From Squalus acanthias (taxonomy: Eukaryota): 64,000 bases of DNA. Positions 63,105-64,000 of this stretch are shown here, in pieces (the stretch's first letter is position 1; each line of letters begins with the position of its first letter). The stretch is taken from NCBI GenBank assembly GCA_030390025.1, contig CM059432.1:136774001-136838000 (forward strand), written 5' to 3'. A program made the position numbers and the translations under genes. The notes beneath the pieces are model-generated. The model saw only the letters and a list, made by a program, of their open reading frames with translations. It ran no database searches and had not been told where the DNA came from.

Positions 63105-63570
63105 AAAATAGAGATGGTGCAAAAAGGATTTACAAGGATGATACCAGAGCTGAGAGTTTATAACTATCAGGAAAGACTGAACAGGCTGGGGCTCTTTTCT
63201 CTAGAAAAGAGACAATTGAGAGGTGAGCTCATAGAGGTCTTTAAAATTAGGAAAGGGTTCGATAGGATAGATGTAGAGAAGATGTTTCCACTTGTGGGAG
63301 AGTCCAAATCTAGGGGCTATAAATATAAGATAGTCTCTCATAAATCCAATAAGGAAAGAAACTTCTTCACTCAGAGAGTGGTTAGAATGTGGAACACAGG
63401 GACTGGTTGAGGCAAATAGCATAGATGCATTTAAGGGGAAGCTAGATAAGTACATGAGAGAGAAAGGAATGGAAGGTTATGTTGATAGAGTTAGATGAAG
63501 AGGGGAGGATCTTGTGGAGCATAAACACCAGCATAGATCAGTTGGGCCGAATGGCCTGTTTCTATGCTGT
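63105..63570 (+). mobile_element. CR1 3' fragment
   Basis: IEMVQKGFTRMIPELRVYNYQERLNRLGLFSLEKRQLRGELIEVFKI...NFFTQRVVRMWN plus the 3' UTR. Confidence 0.9.
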
Positions 63571-63865
63571 TCAAAAATGCTGCCCGTAATGGAATTCACA
63601 TCACAAGAATCTCCAGTGGAAAGTCGTTACAAATCTGGGATCCATCCCAAGTTGGATGCAAGCCTATCCTTGTGGATTGCCACAAGGTGAGTTTCTGAAA
63701 ATAGTTAAATTGTTTAGCTAAAGCAAGAAAAAACTTCAAAGGGAGGGATAGACTGAAGGGGAAATTAACCTGGGACATTCTAGCAGCCTGCTAAAGGGCA
63801 GGGCTGGGAAAGGCCAAGGATTCCTTTTCTGTCCATCGAATTGGCGAATGGCATATGATGTTAGT

Positions 63866-63985
63866 GAAAGAGAGAAAGAAAGAGAGAGAGAAAGAAAGAG
63901 AGAGAGAAAGAAAGAGAGAAAGAAGGAAAGAAAGAAAGAAAGAAAGAAAGAAAGAAATGAATGCAGCAGCCAATTTGCACACAGC
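63866..63985 (-). repeat. (GAAA/GA)n tract adjoining a SINE fragment
   Basis: gaaagagagaaagaaag... followed by gcagccaatttgcacacagc. Confidence 0.75.
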
Positions 63986-64000
63986 CAGGCTTTATATTCA

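Overview
Eukaryotic, repeat-dominated vertebrate DNA, most likely from a cartilaginous fish. That is an inference from the mix of Deu-domain SacSINE1-like SINEs, CR1 3' fragments, Penelope tails and Harbinger relics. I found no intact host protein-coding gene. Main components: (1) a ~16.6 kb array of a 29/30-bp minisatellite at ~11.7-28.3 kb; (2) a 20-bp minisatellite split in register by a well-preserved CR1 RT fragment; (3) a second LINE nested inside another CR1; (4) Penelope-like elements, including a GIY-YIG remnant and several tails that carry minimal type I hammerhead ribozyme motifs. One of these motifs has an intact core and sits in a 252-bp non-coding element with inverted repeats and a 12-bp TSD; (5) PIF/Harbinger transposase and Myb/SANT-like relics, GC-rich TIR elements and tiny hAT-type MITEs with 8-bp TSDs; (6) many SINE, L2 and CR1 fragments; (7) a weak candidate promoter and first exon near 8.4-8.7 kb. 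Most ORFs in the supplied track are TE fragments, repeat read-throughs or noise. Family names come from my recall of these families, not from database searches, and boundaries of decayed TEs are approximate.
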